From: Bacillota bacterium
Lineage (GTDB): Bacteria > Bacillota > JAAYKD01
Assembly: GCA_963666425.2 (NCBI GenBank)
Contig: OY762825.2
Span: 1,856,001-1,920,000 of the forward strand
Reading direction: 5' to 3'
DNA: 64,000 nucleotides
The position numbers were made by a program, and so were the translations under genes. The notes under the pieces were generated by a model. It saw only the letters and a program-made list of their open reading frames with translations. It made no database searches and had not been told where the DNA came from. This document shows, in pieces, positions 1 through 15,000 of the stretch (positions are counted from its first letter, which is position 1; the number at the start of each line of letters is the position of its first letter).

Positions 1-3000
1 GGCGCAGTCAACCGCACTTCGATGTCGGAAGCAATTCCCAATTTTGCCTGGGATACCACAAATACGACCGGCAACAAAAATACAGATGTCCGCTTAAAAG
101 CAATCTTAACCGATTTCACCAGTCTAAAAAGTGCAGTTTCGGTTGCGGAGGTTACAGATGCCTACGCCTATTCCTTTACCATAGACAATGCGCCGACTCC
201 TGTTCCGACAGATTTTACGGTCTCTGCCGGTCCGGGCAAGATTACCCTGAATTGGACTGCTGCAGCCTATCAGTATGCCAATGTCTATCGTTCCACTACC
301 TTAGCGGGTCTTTCTGCTGCTGTGGAACCGTTTTATCATGGTTATTTCTATTCTGCTGAGAGAAGTTATCTCGATTACTTTTATGCGGCAGCAGATACGG
401 CATTGGTCTATTATTATGCCGTGACAACGATCGACAGCAGAGGAATCGAAAGCAGCAAGGTTGTTTGCAGTTCACCTGTTTCTCCGCTTGCCGACACCAT
501 TGCACCCGATTTATATCTCTCGGGTGCAGGCAGTTATGTCAGCCTTGCCAGTGATTTTTATTATAATGCCACGGATAATATTGCGCTGGCTGCTCTGGAA
601 GCGACGCTGACAGCCGAGAACACTGCGGTGACAACCATTGTCGATCTTGATTTTACCGATCATCGAACGACTGCTTATGGTTATATTACCAATGACCGGA
701 TGGCGGAATTGGGCTTATCCGGTGGCGCTTACACAGTTACTCTGACAGCGACAGACAGCTATGGCAACCAGTACAGCGAAAGCAGCAGTTTCATCTATGA
801 TATTACACCGCCGCTATTGCCGGCTACGCTGACCGCCGTTTCGCTGGCCGGTAAGGTCCGCTTAGCCTGGACTGCTTCAGTGTCAACGGATGTGCAGTCT
901 ATCAATATTTACCGCAGCACCGCAGCGGAGGGATCTTTCGATTATTATACTTCGGTTGCCGGTGATCAAATCAAATTTGATAATTATGACGCGGGCAATG
1001 TCGGAGTCACCTTCTATTATAAAATCAAACTGTTGGATCATGCTTATAACGAGAGCGTTTTCAGTGAGATGGTCTCGGCCGCCGTGGGTGATTTCACACC
1101 CAGCATGCGAATTGCCGCTCAGCCGGTAATCGGTCGGACCACAACGATTTATTTCAGCGGATTCCAGCCCTATGAGACCATTGATTTCTATCTGGATCAG
1201 TCCGCCACGGCATTTGATACCGGTTACAGCAGTTATGAGACCGATACAGAACAGGAAGCGCAGCTGGCGGTTCCATATGACATGACCGGCACGCATACAG
1301 TAAAAGCAATCGGCCGCACTTCGGAAAAAATTGCGCTGCTCCGCTTTACGGTCGGCTCCTATGCGCCGAGTTTTACTTTATCAGCCGGCAGTGTCGCTGT
1401 TGGCGGTAGTTTAAACTATTCGATTGTCGGCTATGCCGATTACAAATATGTTTATTTCTATCTGCAGCCGGATGATGCGGGTACGGAGTATGGTCACTAC
1501 CTTACCTATCAATATTATAGTCAAACAGAGATCAGCAATTCTTTCCAAATTCCAGCCGATACGTTACCCGGGATTTACACGATTCGTGCCGTTCAAATCG
1601 ACAGCGGCTTAACTGCCTATGCCACGGTGACGATTACTGCGCCGCAGGTCAGTCTGGTCATCAATGACTCGTCTCCCACGCTGGGACAATATGTCTACTT
1701 TACCGCCTCCGGATTCCTGCCCTATGAAACGGTTCGCTTTTATCTGGCCGATTTGCCTGGATATGCACAGCAAAGCGGTTATACCGGTCAGGCGAGTTAT
1801 TCTGTGCAATTACCTGGTTCGATCACGGGCGGCAGCTTTGTCACTTTGGCGGTGGGACAGACAAGCGGCTTGGCGGCTGAACTGACGGTTCCAATCAGCA
1901 GTGCGATTCCCGGCATTACCTTACCGGCCATAGTCCAGCCAGGCAGTGTCTTTACCGTTTCCGGCAGCGATTTCACCCCTTACTCCAATGTCAAATTGTT
2001 GGTGGACGGAGTTGAAAAAACGACTGTCTATTCCTACGAAGGCAATGTCAGCATCAATTATTCTTTCGCGGATACCGCTGCGGAAGGACGCCATGCCATT
2101 GAATTACTGGACACCAGCGGCAGCAAAGCAGGCGGCAGTGTCGTTTTGCTGCGGCCAAGTCTGACGTTGACACTTTCGGCAGAACCTACCTTAGGCGAAG
2201 ATTTGACGCTGATTGCCACCGGTTTCAGAAACAATGAAACCGTTGCCTTTACGATGAACGGGGTAGCACAGGGGAATGCGGTCGCGGATGCCTCCGGGAT
2301 AGCAGCACTGACCATTCACGCTCTGGATGTGACTTCCTCCTCTTATTTCTTTACGGCCGCGGCGGTTTCCGGCAGCGTCACCAAAGGCTGGCGCAGCAAT
2401 GGCCCGGACAATGAACTGAGCATTGCCTATACCGGTGCGATGCAGCCCGATGTCTTATTCCACTTTACGGTTGCTCAATTAGCGGAAGGGGAAGCCATCC
2501 GTGTTTATCTCAATCATCAGCTCTATGCGCTGAATCCCGCTGTAACAGCGGCTGCTGACGGCACGGCTTCCTTCTCGGTCACACTGCCTGCCGGTTACTC
2601 AAGCGACAGCTTGAATCTCACTGTCATGGGTGAAACGAATTCTCTCTGGCAGACGGCGACGGTTCCGGTTCATCAGACAACACCGGTGCTGACTGTGACG
2701 CCGAGCAGCCCGACCGCCGGCAGCGTCCTCGATTTTTCTGTCAGCGGTTTTGCTCCGGGAGAAACGGCAGCGCTCTGGTTTAACGCAAAACCCGTCGCGA
2801 GTGCTGCAGCCGATGGTAGCGGCGCAGCGGTGCTGAGTTATACACCCGATATCGCAGCGATTGCGGGAGATTATCCGGTCGTCGTTGCGGGCTCGCGCAG
2901 TAATCATTATCTGAAAAAAACGATAACCCTGAATAGCTATGTCTTTACGGTCAATGCGCCTGCCACAGCGGATCCGGGCAGCAGAGTCACGCTCGCTGCC

Positions 3001-6000
3001 AGCGGTTTAGTAGAAGGTGAGACCCTGCATTTGCTGTTTGATCAGACTTGTATCAGCGGCAGTGGTATCATTGCCGCTGCCGGCTCGGCGGCGCTTGATT
3101 ATACGATTCCGCCTTATCTGGCTGCCGGCAATCATAGTATTCGCTTTGTGCTTGCCAAGAGCGCTGTGCTGATTGAAAAGAGTATTTATATTACCGATCT
3201 TACACCGCAGCTTGCCGCCAGCCAATCCGGAACAGAAACGAAAGCCAGCTTAAATTTGAGTGGTTTTCTGCCGGGTGAAGGTGTGCTGGTTTATTTCGAT
3301 CAGCGCGATGTGACGGCAAATACGACCACAGCAGAGGGCAGTTCTTCCTTCGTGATCAGCGAGACGGGAGCCCTGACGCTGATTTATAATTTCCCTGCCA
3401 GCATTACCTCCGGTGATCACAGTTTCGCGGTGATCGGCAAAGCCAGCCAACGGGCTGCTTACAGTACGCTGGCGGTTGAGGTGACCGGACAACGTCTGAC
3501 CGTTGCCAACAGCGAGGGCAGAGCCGAAGGGAAGCCGGGTGATCTGCTCACCTTACACGCCGATGGTTTCACAGCCAGCGTTGATGTCAGCGTGTTGTTT
3601 GGTGAAATTAATCTGACGCCGGCAAACCATACAACCGATGCAATCGGGGCTTACTCAGCGACCATCGTTCTTCCGCTCGGAACAGCAGAAGGTCTGCATG
3701 CAATTCAAATTGTAGCGGCTTCTGTCAGCGAATTGGCGCAAACCACGCTGCGGGTGGATACCACCGCTCCAGCCGTGCCGGAATTGCGGGCGACTCCTGC
3801 CAAACGTCAGATTACCCTGGCTTGGGATAAATCCGCCGATGTGGATACCACTTCCTATCTGATTTACCGCAAATTGAGCACAGAGAATGCCGACAGTTAC
3901 GTCTTGACCGATACACTGGATGCAGCCGTCAACACCGTCACTCATTCCCTGACTGAAGGCAGCCATCCTTTGGCAGTCGATGTCAATTATCACTACATCA
4001 TCAAAGCCAGGGATCGTTTGGGCAATCTCAGCGTCGCTTCCGCTGCTTTGACCGCTGCCCTGCTGCCCGATACCGCGGCTCCGGTTCTCGAGTATATGGG
4101 TAATCCTTATGCTGGCTATCGTAATGGTTTTTATGTATTGCAGGGTTCGGCTCATTTCACTCCGACCATCAGCGATGACCGTCAGGCTTCGACGGTGCTG
4201 CTGGAGTACAGCAAGACTGGTACGAATTATACCGCGCTCCCAGCCGTCAGTTTGACTTATCAAGGTCAAAGCTATTACAGCGGTCTGTTTACTTTCCGCG
4301 GGGATATCACGCTCGATACGCTGGCGATTACGAACCAGCCAAATTTCGGTGATGGGCTTTATACGATTCGCTTAAGTGTAACCGACGCGGCCGGTAAAAC
4401 AGCAGTCCGTACGCAGCAGTATTATATTGATAACACGAAACCGGCAGCGCCAACCAATTTGGCTGCCGCTGCGGGTCCCAAGATGGTCAAGCTGACCTGG
4501 AATTACGGCGAGATCAGTGATGTGAATTATTTCCTGCTTCAATTCGGTCCCGATTTGGAACATTTGACGACATATTATCTATCCGCCTCTACCCGCAGTT
4601 ATGACCTGGTCAACCTGCTGCCGGCAACGGAATATATCATGCAGTTAGCCGCCCGAGATGATGTGAATAATATCAGTGACGCGGTAACAGTCCGTGCGAC
4701 GCCGATCATCGATACCGAAAAACCGATCCTGCCTTTGGACACGATCAGCCCGGCCGCCAACAGCCGGATCAGTAAGAATTTGAACTTGCAGCTCAAAGCA
4801 ACCGACAATGTGGGGCTGAGCCGCTTCCTGCTTTCGATCGCGCCGTTTGGCAGCACTGAATTCACGTCCATCGATCCGGCGGAGATCAACAGTTATATTT
4901 ATTCCAACATTCAGTATCTTTATCTGGAAAACCTCAGTTACCAAGGCAATTATACACTGCGCCTGATTGCCGTCGACAGTGCCGATTTACAGTCTGATCC
5001 GGTGGAAATTACCTATCAATTTGATACACAGGCGCCGCAGCTGACTGCGCTGACGGCCACAGCGATTTCCGGCGGTATCATGATCAGTTGGGCGAAGGCT
5101 GCCGATGCGGATTTGTATTTCTATTACTTGCTGCGGAAAGCGCCCGGCGAGACCGACTACAGCTATTATCGCTACATTTCACCCAGCTACTATGCGCAAA
5201 CAAGTGGCTTGATCGCTTATTTGGATTATGCGGTGACTGCCGGTGAAACCTATGCTTATAAGATTTCAGCCTACGACGATCTGAATAACAGCACAAATCC
5301 CGCGGAGGCTACAGCAGTCTCGGCTCAGCCAGGTGCCTTCAATTTGACGCTGAGCCTGACACCCACGCAGGATGTCAAACCGGGCGCCGTGCTCAGTCTG
5401 ACTGCCACGGGCTTAAGTCCCTATGAAAGTGCGGTTTTCAGCATTGACGGCTTGGAAATTTTCACCGCTTACGCCAATGAAAAAGGCAATCTGCTCTATG
5501 ATTGGAGTTACATCAAGAACACCACCAGTGGTGAACATACCCTTCAAATGCAGAGCAGTTCCAGCAATCAGCTGAAGAGCGTGAATTTTACCGCGGTAGC
5601 AACCAAACTTGCTGCGCCGGGAAACGTCAATGCGGCGGCGGGTATCATGAATATCAGCCTCAGTTGGGATGCGGTCGGCGCCGCTTATGGTTATCAGCTT
5701 TACCGTAAAGCGGACGAGGGCGATTACTTGCTGCTGGTTGATAAGATTTATGGCAGAACCTATACCGATTATGCGGTCGCCAAAGACATCGTCTATTCCT
5801 ACCAGGTAGCCGCCTTCGACCGTTATAATGCGATTGGTGAAAAGAGCATTGAGGCGATTGCCAAACCGGATCCGGATCAGATCGCACCGGAGATTGCTGT
5901 TTTTGTTTCGAATCGAGACGGCAATCTGCTGACACTGGTGGCAACCGTCAGCGATGATATTCGGCTGGCCAAAGTCGATTTTGCTTATAAACCGGCCGGT

Positions 6001-9000
6001 ACGGATGATTCTGCTTATCAGATGATTGAGTCTGTCAGCATCAGCGGCAGTAAAAAGACCGCGGCAGCCAGCTGCAGTTTCGATACATCCGCTTTGACTC
6101 AGGGCAATTATACGCTGCGGGCGATCGTTTGGGATGGCGCCAACAATCAGTCGACTCCCCGCACCCTCTCCACAACGATCTCCACCTCATTACCGCATGC
6201 CCCTCAGAATTTAACCGCTGTGGCGGGCCAGATGCGCATTGCCCTGCGCTGGGAGGCGCCGGGAGTGATAGAGGAACCGATCGCCCGCTACAATATCTAT
6301 CGCAAAGTGGGTGAAGCCGATTTTGTCTTGCTTTCCACCACGACTCTAACCAATTATACCGATTTGGCCGTCGGGCTGGCAACAGCTTATACCTATCAGG
6401 TCAAAGCAGTCAACGTCTTTGGTTACGAAGGTCCGGAAGTGAGAATGACGACGCCGGTCACAGCGCTGGCCGACACCAGCGTGCCGGTGATCAGCGGCTT
6501 TGCGCCCGCTGCCAATAGCCGCTTGGGCGGGCAAATCAACATGAGTGTAATCGCCAGCGATAATGTAGCGGTTAAGCAAATTGATTTCTTTGTCGTCACT
6601 GCCAACGGTCTGCTCACTCTGGGCCGCAGTGAGACGGGATCAATCAGTTTCAATAGTGTCAATTATCAAACCGAAGGGGATCTGGTCATCAAAGCTAGGG
6701 TCCGTGATGCTGCCGGTAATCAAGCGGAGCAAACGGTAACTTACAAAGTGGATAATGTCGCGCCGACAGCACCGTTGGCGACGGCTGCCTCAGGTGAGCT
6801 TTCCATTCAGCTGACCTGGAGCCTGCCATTGATGCCAACCGATCTCTCCTATTATAACGTTTATGTTTTAGCTAACAACACCACACCGGAGCAGAATACC
6901 ACGCCGCCTGTTGCGAAAGTCACGACGCTGTTCTATAACTACAAAGTCGGTACCACTGCCAGTTTTTATATCACAGCGGTGGATAGCTTGGACAATGAAA
7001 GTATCGCCTCCAATATCGTAACAGCCACACCCGGCACCGATCGGACCGCGCCGGTGATTTTAAGCCTGACACCTAACAATCAGGCCATCGTCAGAGCCGA
7101 TACGAATGTGCGGGCAGACGCGACCGATAATGTGGCGGTCAACAGCTACCTGTTTGAAGTCATCCCGATGTTGCAGGATACGGATACCGGCAGCTTAAAG
7201 ATCATGCCTGCCGCTGCCTGGACAGAATTGAGTTTGCAGCCAACCACCCCAACAATAAAAACCGGCAGTTTTGTTTGGAATACGCAGGACAGCATCATTA
7301 CAGCGGAAGGACTGCAGGCCAGATATCCCGATGGTTATTACACCTTGCGGGTAACAGCCAAAGATATGATCGGTAATGCCAGCCTAAAAACCGAAGTGGT
7401 GAAAGTCGCCAATCATCCGCCGATCGCTCCCGACGGTTTGCGTGTCGATGCGGGAGAATGGCGTCTGATGGTCAGCTGGAAACCGATGAGCGGCAGTGAT
7501 GTAGCCGGTTATAAGGTGGAACGTCAAATCGAAGGCGAGTCAGGCTTTACTGAAGTGGCTGAAACAACTTCTAATGTCTATATCGAAACCGGAGTCAGCC
7601 CGCTTAGCCTCTACAGTTATCGGGTAGCCATGATCAATGATCTGGGCAACCTTGGGCCTTGGGCAGCGATCAGCAATCAGCGTGCTTTGGAAGAGACGTC
7701 AACCCCATCCATTCTCAGTATGAGCCCGCTGCAGGACCAACGTTTCAATAGTGCACTTAACTTAAAAATTCTGGCACAGGACGAAGTGGCGATCGAGCAG
7801 ATTAAGCTTTCTTATTACCGCATCGGTGATCAATCTTCAGGAGAAATTCCTGCTGAAGCGGTCTATACGGAAATCGCTGTCTTAAGCGGTGCGTCAATCG
7901 TTTATGGCAATGTGGAAACCTCAGAGAACGACGTCTTTGGTACGGATTGTTATACCGCCGCATATCGTTGGACGACCGAAGCCCTTGCAGAAGGACTCTA
8001 TGCGCTAAAAGCGGTCGCCTATAACAAGGGCAATCAAACTGCTTTCATCGTCAAGAAATACTATAAAGATACCCAGCCGCCAGCCGCTCCCGGCGGCGTG
8101 ACGCTGACCGATCCGGGCATCGGACAGACACTGAACCTGACCTGGACGTCAGGTGCGGATGTTTTACGTTATGAAATCTATCGCAGTACGAATGCGGAGG
8201 CGGTCTTCACTTATGCTGAACCGGCCGGGTATCTGAAATTGCCTGCTACACTCAGCCCGACCTTTTCCGATACCGGGTTGACGGATGGTATGACCTATTA
8301 CTATCACATCGTAACCGTCGATGCTGCCGGAAATGTCAGTAATCCTTCCTCCCGGGTCAGCGGCACGCCCACAGCCAAGAGTGATCTCGGTATTCAAGCC
8401 ATTTACACCGATCCGGCAGTGCTCATTCTTGGGCGCAATAATAGCTTAAAAGCGTCTATGCGTAATGATGGCACCGCTAGGGCAACCGGCGTGGTTACGT
8501 TTTATTACTTTGACGGAACCAGCGATATCGCGGTAGGAAGTGTCAATGTCGACTATGCTGCCAATACAGGCGGTGAAACCAGCCTGGTTTGGCTCGCTCC
8601 ACTGACGCTGTCGGCGTCCGTTACCGTCAAAGCAACGGTCACGACCAATCCCGGCAGCGATGATATCAGCGCCGAGAACAATCAGTTTACACGGTCCAGC
8701 ATCGCAACCAATCAGCCACCCACGGCGGTGATTACGCTGCCTGCAGAACCTTACGAATCCGGTTTCCTTTTAAGCTTCAATGCAAATGCTTCAAGCGATG
8801 TTGGCGGCCGTATCGTTTCCTATGCCTGGGATTTTGGCAACAGTAAGAAAGCCGAAGGAGCGGCAGCGACCAGCCAATACACCTTACCGGGTGAATATAC
8901 GATTCGCTTAACCGTCAAGGACAACAACGGAGCAGAAACGACGGCTGTACAGACGATTATCGTTGGAGATAAGCGTCCTGACCTCTATGTTGATTCGATT

Positions 9001-12000
9001 CGCTGGACTCCAAGCGAAACCAAAGAAGGCGACGTGGTCACCATCACGGCAGTCATTGGCAACAAAGGCTTCGGCAACGCTGCTTTGGGTTTCCTGACCG
9101 GCTTCTATATCGACAATCAGTATATGGGTTACAGCAAATGCGATGTGAATCTGAACAATATCAGTCTTGCCAGAGGGGAAACACGGGAAGTCAGTTTCAA
9201 TTATGTCGCTGCAGCCGGTGTGCATGTGGTAAAAGTAGTGGCCAACGACATCCTCGATACCCTGAAAGAAACAGATAAGGGCAATAATAACCGCAGCGCA
9301 GTGCTGAGCAATCAGCAAATCTCTTTTGCTGATGTCGGAGTGGAGAGCATTGTCTGGGTGCCGGACGGAACGGTTTTTGATACGCAGCAGGCGTTTGCTT
9401 ATCGCACCGTGATCAAGAATCACGGCAGCGCAAGCGCAGCTAATTTTGGAGTTTCACTCTATATTGACGACGAATACCGCGGCCGACAGATGGTTCCCAA
9501 TTTGGCGGTCGGAGCGGAGATGACCTTAAATTACTACGTCGCTCCGGCAGTTGGCATTCACAAAGTCGAAATCAAAGTGGATGACCTCAATCCGGTCCTG
9601 ATCGAAGAAAATACGACCAACAATAATGCCAATCTCATCACTGAGGATTTCACCGTCATTTATCCTGAAATCACGGTCGGAAATATTATTTGGAAACCGA
9701 CCGAAACGACCCTGACCGAAGGTACCTCCATCACGTTTGAAGCGAAGCTGATCAATAACAGCACCATCAATATCACAAAGAATTTCCTGGTGCACGTGGC
9801 GATGGATGGCAGAGTCTTTAAAACGATCACAGTCTATGGTTTGAAGGCCGGCGAAGTCAAGGATGTGCTGACGAAATGGTCGGCTTCCAGCGGTGAACAC
9901 AGCTTTAAAGTGATCGTCGATGCCAAGAAGGCCGTCATTGATCCGGATACCACGGTAGAAAAGAGTATCACCATTCCCAAACTTTCTATCCTTTATCCGA
10001 ATCTGCACATCAGTAATGTATCCTATTCTCCATTGTCGGTAGAAACCAATAAGATGGTCAGTTTCTTAGTCAGTATCAACAATCAAAGTGTGGCGACCGC
10101 ATTCAAACGTTTCAATATCGGTTTGTATGTGGATGGCAAAGCGGTGGCCGGTTCCACCATCGACGGTATTCGCGGCTACAGCACGGTTCCGGTTGTGATC
10201 AATTGGACACCGGAAACTGCGGGACTGCACACAATCCAAATCCTGGCGGACAGCTTTGGTGAGTTGACCATGAGCGCCGCGACCGAAGGGATACGCCGCA
10301 GCTGGACGACCAGTTTGCAAGTCAGCGAAGCACTTGTCCTGAAAACCAATCCGAACAAAGAGGCGCAGGACGAAGATTTCATGGCGGTGCTCTATACCAG
10401 CGGAGATGGTTTTATCCCGCTCTCGGCCAGCCTGCGTCATGCCAGCATCAGCAGCCAGAATTTAGGACCGGATGAGGATGCATCGGTCAGTTATACCTTG
10501 AAGAAAGGCAGCGTGCTGGTATCCGGCTTTGAAGGACAGATGGCGTTCAATTCCAGCAACCGTCAATTCGAATATCAATTGCCGATCACGACGGAACTGA
10601 CAACCGGGACCTATACGCTGGAATTTTTGGGCAGCTGCGGCACAGAGATTTTAAGCAGCATCTGCAACATCATGATTGTCAAGGAAACGACAGTCACGTT
10701 GGAAACCAATAAGGACACTTATTTGTTGGGTGAAACGATTCGGGTCAGCGGCCGCATGACGGTCGGCGGGCAGCCGGTCGCCAACGAACGGGTTGTCTTG
10801 GACTTCCAGCTGCAGCCGCGGCTGACCGATCCGCTGCGGGGTTATGACGCCAAGGGGAATGAGATCATGATGATCTGGCAGGCGGAAGAAATTGTCTTCG
10901 CCGTGACTGATCTGAATGGCAATTACGAGTATAAATTTACGCCCTTTACCGGTGAAGCAGGCGATTGGACGATCTTAGCGTTTGCCTATCAGAATGCCTT
11001 AGGCGGCGGCGCTCCGCCTAAAGAAGTAAAGGTTTGGGGCATGGCTGCCTCACCGGCCAGCCTGACGCTGGTTGCGACGAAAAATTCCCAATTCTCCAAA
11101 GAAATTAAATTCCGTCACGCGGCACCGAATTACGCAGAAGGTGACCCGCTTACTTCAGTAAGCGCAATTTTAGTGGCTACTGCTCTGAATAACGGGGTAT
11201 CGGCGACCATTGATACGTCCGCTATGGCCCGCAGCCTGGCTCCCGGTGCAGAAACCGGTGTGATCTTAAATGTCAGTGCCGGATTGAACTGTGATGACAC
11301 AGCAACCTATGAAATTGTCTTCAGTTCAGCCCAGGGAGCAACCTGCAAGACACGAGTCACAATCAATCTGCGGCCGGCAACACCGATTCCGGTGACCGAT
11401 GTCAAGAGCATCTCGATTGGCGTCAATCCGGCAGACAGTGTCAGCCGCATCGTCACCGTCACCAATAAGGGCAAAGGCTACTTGGACGGCCTAAAAATCA
11501 CACTGCCCGGCAGCATTCCCTGGGTGACGGCAGGCAGTATCGGCAGCACGCGTCTGGCACCCAATGAAAGCACCACCTTTACGGTCGAATTTTCACCGGG
11601 AGTCGGTGTCGCCTTGGGACAATATCAGGATAAGCTGGTGGTCAGCGATGCGACCGGTAAGTTCTATGCTAATGTCGCTTTGAGTGCCGAAATCAGTTCA
11701 GCCAAAACAGGCGGTATTTCCTTCCGTGTCACCGATGATGTCGGTACGAAAGTCGGCAATGCGGATATTACCATCATCTCCAAAGAACCCTATACCAGCA
11801 TGGCTGGCGGGGTGGAAACACAGTATTATCCCAACTTCACCACCAGGACGGATGCAAACGGTGTGGCTCAATTCTATGAAAAACCGTTAGGTGATTACGA
11901 TTTGGTCGTCATGGCTGCCGGTCGCAAGAAATTTGTCAGCCAGTGCAGTGTGATGCCTTCGACTGGCGCGCCATTTATGGATATCCTGCTGCAAAACGAA

Positions 12001-15000
12001 CCGATCAGCATTGAGTGGACCGTTGTCCCCACCACCATCGTGGATGAATATGAAATCAAATTGGAATTGACCTTCGGCGCCCATATTCCGGTGCCTGCCT
12101 TTGGTTTCAATCCTCCTTGGGTGAATATTCCCAAAGAGGTCAATGAACCGATTGTCGTTGAAGCGAATGTGGTCAATACCGGTTTGATCGCCATTACAGA
12201 TGTGGTGGCCTCGGTCGTGCGTGCCAACAAATCGGAAACCGGCATCAGCATCATCGGCGGCGGTTATCTCGGAGAAATCGGCGCTCACAGCAGCGCGAAG
12301 ATTCGCCTGCAGGTGCAGCCCGGTGTGTATCAACTGCTGTTCAGCAAGAACGCAGCCGGCAATCCGCTGAATTACATCAAATTTGAAGGTACTTATGTTT
12401 CTTTCGATTCGGATACCGGACTGCCGATCGATCCGGCGCCGGTGATTACAGGTGTCCTGCCGCTCTATAATCCGAGTGAAACGTCTGTTACACTGCAGGT
12501 GCGTCTGCCGGAAGAAAATGCCAAAGTTGTGGAAGAAGAAGTGAAATTGCCGGAAGGGCAGATGGAAGAACTGCGCTATATCGCTCCTGCCGGCGGCAAC
12601 CGTGACGATTTGCTCAAACCGGGAGCCGATTCCGCTTACGAAATCGTGCAGCTGACTTTAAGTCAGAAAGCCACCCTGGAACGACAGGCGTTTGATGCCA
12701 CTTTAAAAATCACCAATGGTTACCCGGAATATGCTCTGCAAAATCTGCGTGTCGATGTTACGGTAACGGATGCGGATGGGAAAGATGTAACGAACAAGAA
12801 CTTTGTGATTGCTACCGGTATCAATGGCCTGACGGATTTGGATGGCAATGACAGTTTAGCTGCCGGTAAGAATATGACGGCAACCTGGCAGATCATCCCC
12901 GGCAGTGATTTGGGCGGTACATCGGTAACCGGCAAGCTCTATTACGCCAAGGCACTGATTTCCTACTATGTTAACGGCCGCCTGGTGCAAACGCAGACGG
13001 AAGGTGTGGAAATCACCATTGTGCCGCAGCCGAAACTGACACTCAATTACTATGTGCCGCATACGGTGCTTTCCAATACGCCGTTTAAACTGGCGGTCAA
13101 GGTATCGAACAGCGGCTATGGTGAAGCGAAGAATCTGATCATCGACTCCGGTAAACTGGAGATCAGCTCCAATCAAAGCGGTTTGCTGACGGACTTTGAA
13201 ATTCTGGGCAGTTCCTTTGGCAGCACGACCGGCAGCAACTTCAGACTGGAATTCGGTAACATCGGACCGGCTGTTTACAGTGAAACAACAGATTTAATCA
13301 CGAACCAAGTCACCGGCAGCTGGACACCGACCGAAGTATCCGGTTATTGGCTGGTGCGCTGGAATTTGCCGGTGGAAGCCGAAGAAAATCCTTACGAAGG
13401 CGAATTCCGTGATTTTAAAGCCACCCTGACCCACAAAGACTATAAGGGCGTGCAATTGAACCCCTTGATTGTCGGTGTGACCACCAGCATTATCGGCAAA
13501 GAAGATGTCCTGGCAGATCTCAATGCGGATGGCGCTTTGGCGGTTGTCAATGAAGGCAATACCGGCTTCCCGGATTTCCTGATGAATTTGGTTAGCGGTT
13601 TAAGGATTCCCATCTTTGTGCCTGATTCGGTCGAAACCAGCGTGAGTTATGAGACCGGCGGCAACTATCTGCAGCTGAAATCCGCCAAGCCAACGGCAGC
13701 GCTCGATTATAATTCGGTGCGTTATCAGATCATCATGCTGCCTGCTCCGGAAGGCTGCGGTAATATTTCTGCGGTCAAACGCAGCCTCAGCGCCGACGGC
13801 AGCAATCCAAGCAGCCTCTCTTTCTCCAACTACTGGAAGGACTTTGGCAATATTTACATCGTCGATCAAATCCCGGTCAGTTATGATGCCAGCGGCAGCC
13901 GGGTCTTCCTCGATTCTTGGTATACCATTGAATTTGGCAGCGGCGTCATCCTCGGCGATCTGGGTTACTCCCGTTTTGTCTACACCCTGGCGGCGCCGGG
14001 AGAAGAAGGCGGCATCCCAATTGGCGTGGAAGGCACCGGCAGCTATATCAAAGATGCAGTTTATTACGATACCGGGATTTATCCTGATCAGGGAGAGAAC
14101 GATCTCACCCTGCGCGTTCTGCTGGATAACCGTTCCAAGAACGTAGAAAACGGCAGCATCCGCTTCAGTGTGATCGATACGACTATCCCCTTGGGTGAAA
14201 ACCAGACCATCTTCAATGCGGAAGTTGCTTTTGTTAATCTGCAGCCTTATATCACCCAATATGTCTCCTGCAGCAGTTGGGTACCGGTCAAAGGCGGCGT
14301 TTATCAGATCAAAGCAGAGCTGCTGAGCGGAGGCGAGGCCACCGGACGTTTTGTCACATCGGAAGCGGTCGTCAACAGCCTGCCGTACGGCAATGCCGGC
14401 GCCGATATCGCCAATGCGGTTGTTTTGCAACCGGTCCGCTTTGATGCCAGCCGGTCTTATGACCGGGATGGCTACATCACTTCTTTCGTCTGGGATTTTG
14501 GTGACGGTGAAAGCGGTTATGGTTTGACTCCGACGCATACCTACTTGAAATCCGGTTCTTACAAAGTAAAACTCTACGTGATGGATAATAATCTTTCCAC
14601 CACCTGGCCGCCGAAGCTGGTCGGTAGTGCATTGGGCGGTGAACCCGATCCTGCGACAGTGACCGAGCAAAATGAATTCTCCGTCATGCAAATCACGGTC
14701 TTGGAAAACCGGCCGGATTTATTTGTGCAAACCATCGAATTCTCTGAATCAACACCGGCCGAGAACAGCGTCTTTACCGTGACAGCCACACTGCAGAACG
14801 GCACCTCTGAAGGAACTGCCGGCGGCTTAACTGCCACTCCGGCACCTTTCCTGGTGGGCTTCTACCTTGATGATGTCTACCGAGGCTATGTGCGCGTCGA
14901 AGATGCGATTACAGTCAACAACACCAAGGAAGTCAGTTTTGATCTGACCATGCCAGCCGGCGGCACTGCTCATAAGGTTTCTGTCATCGCCAATGACATC

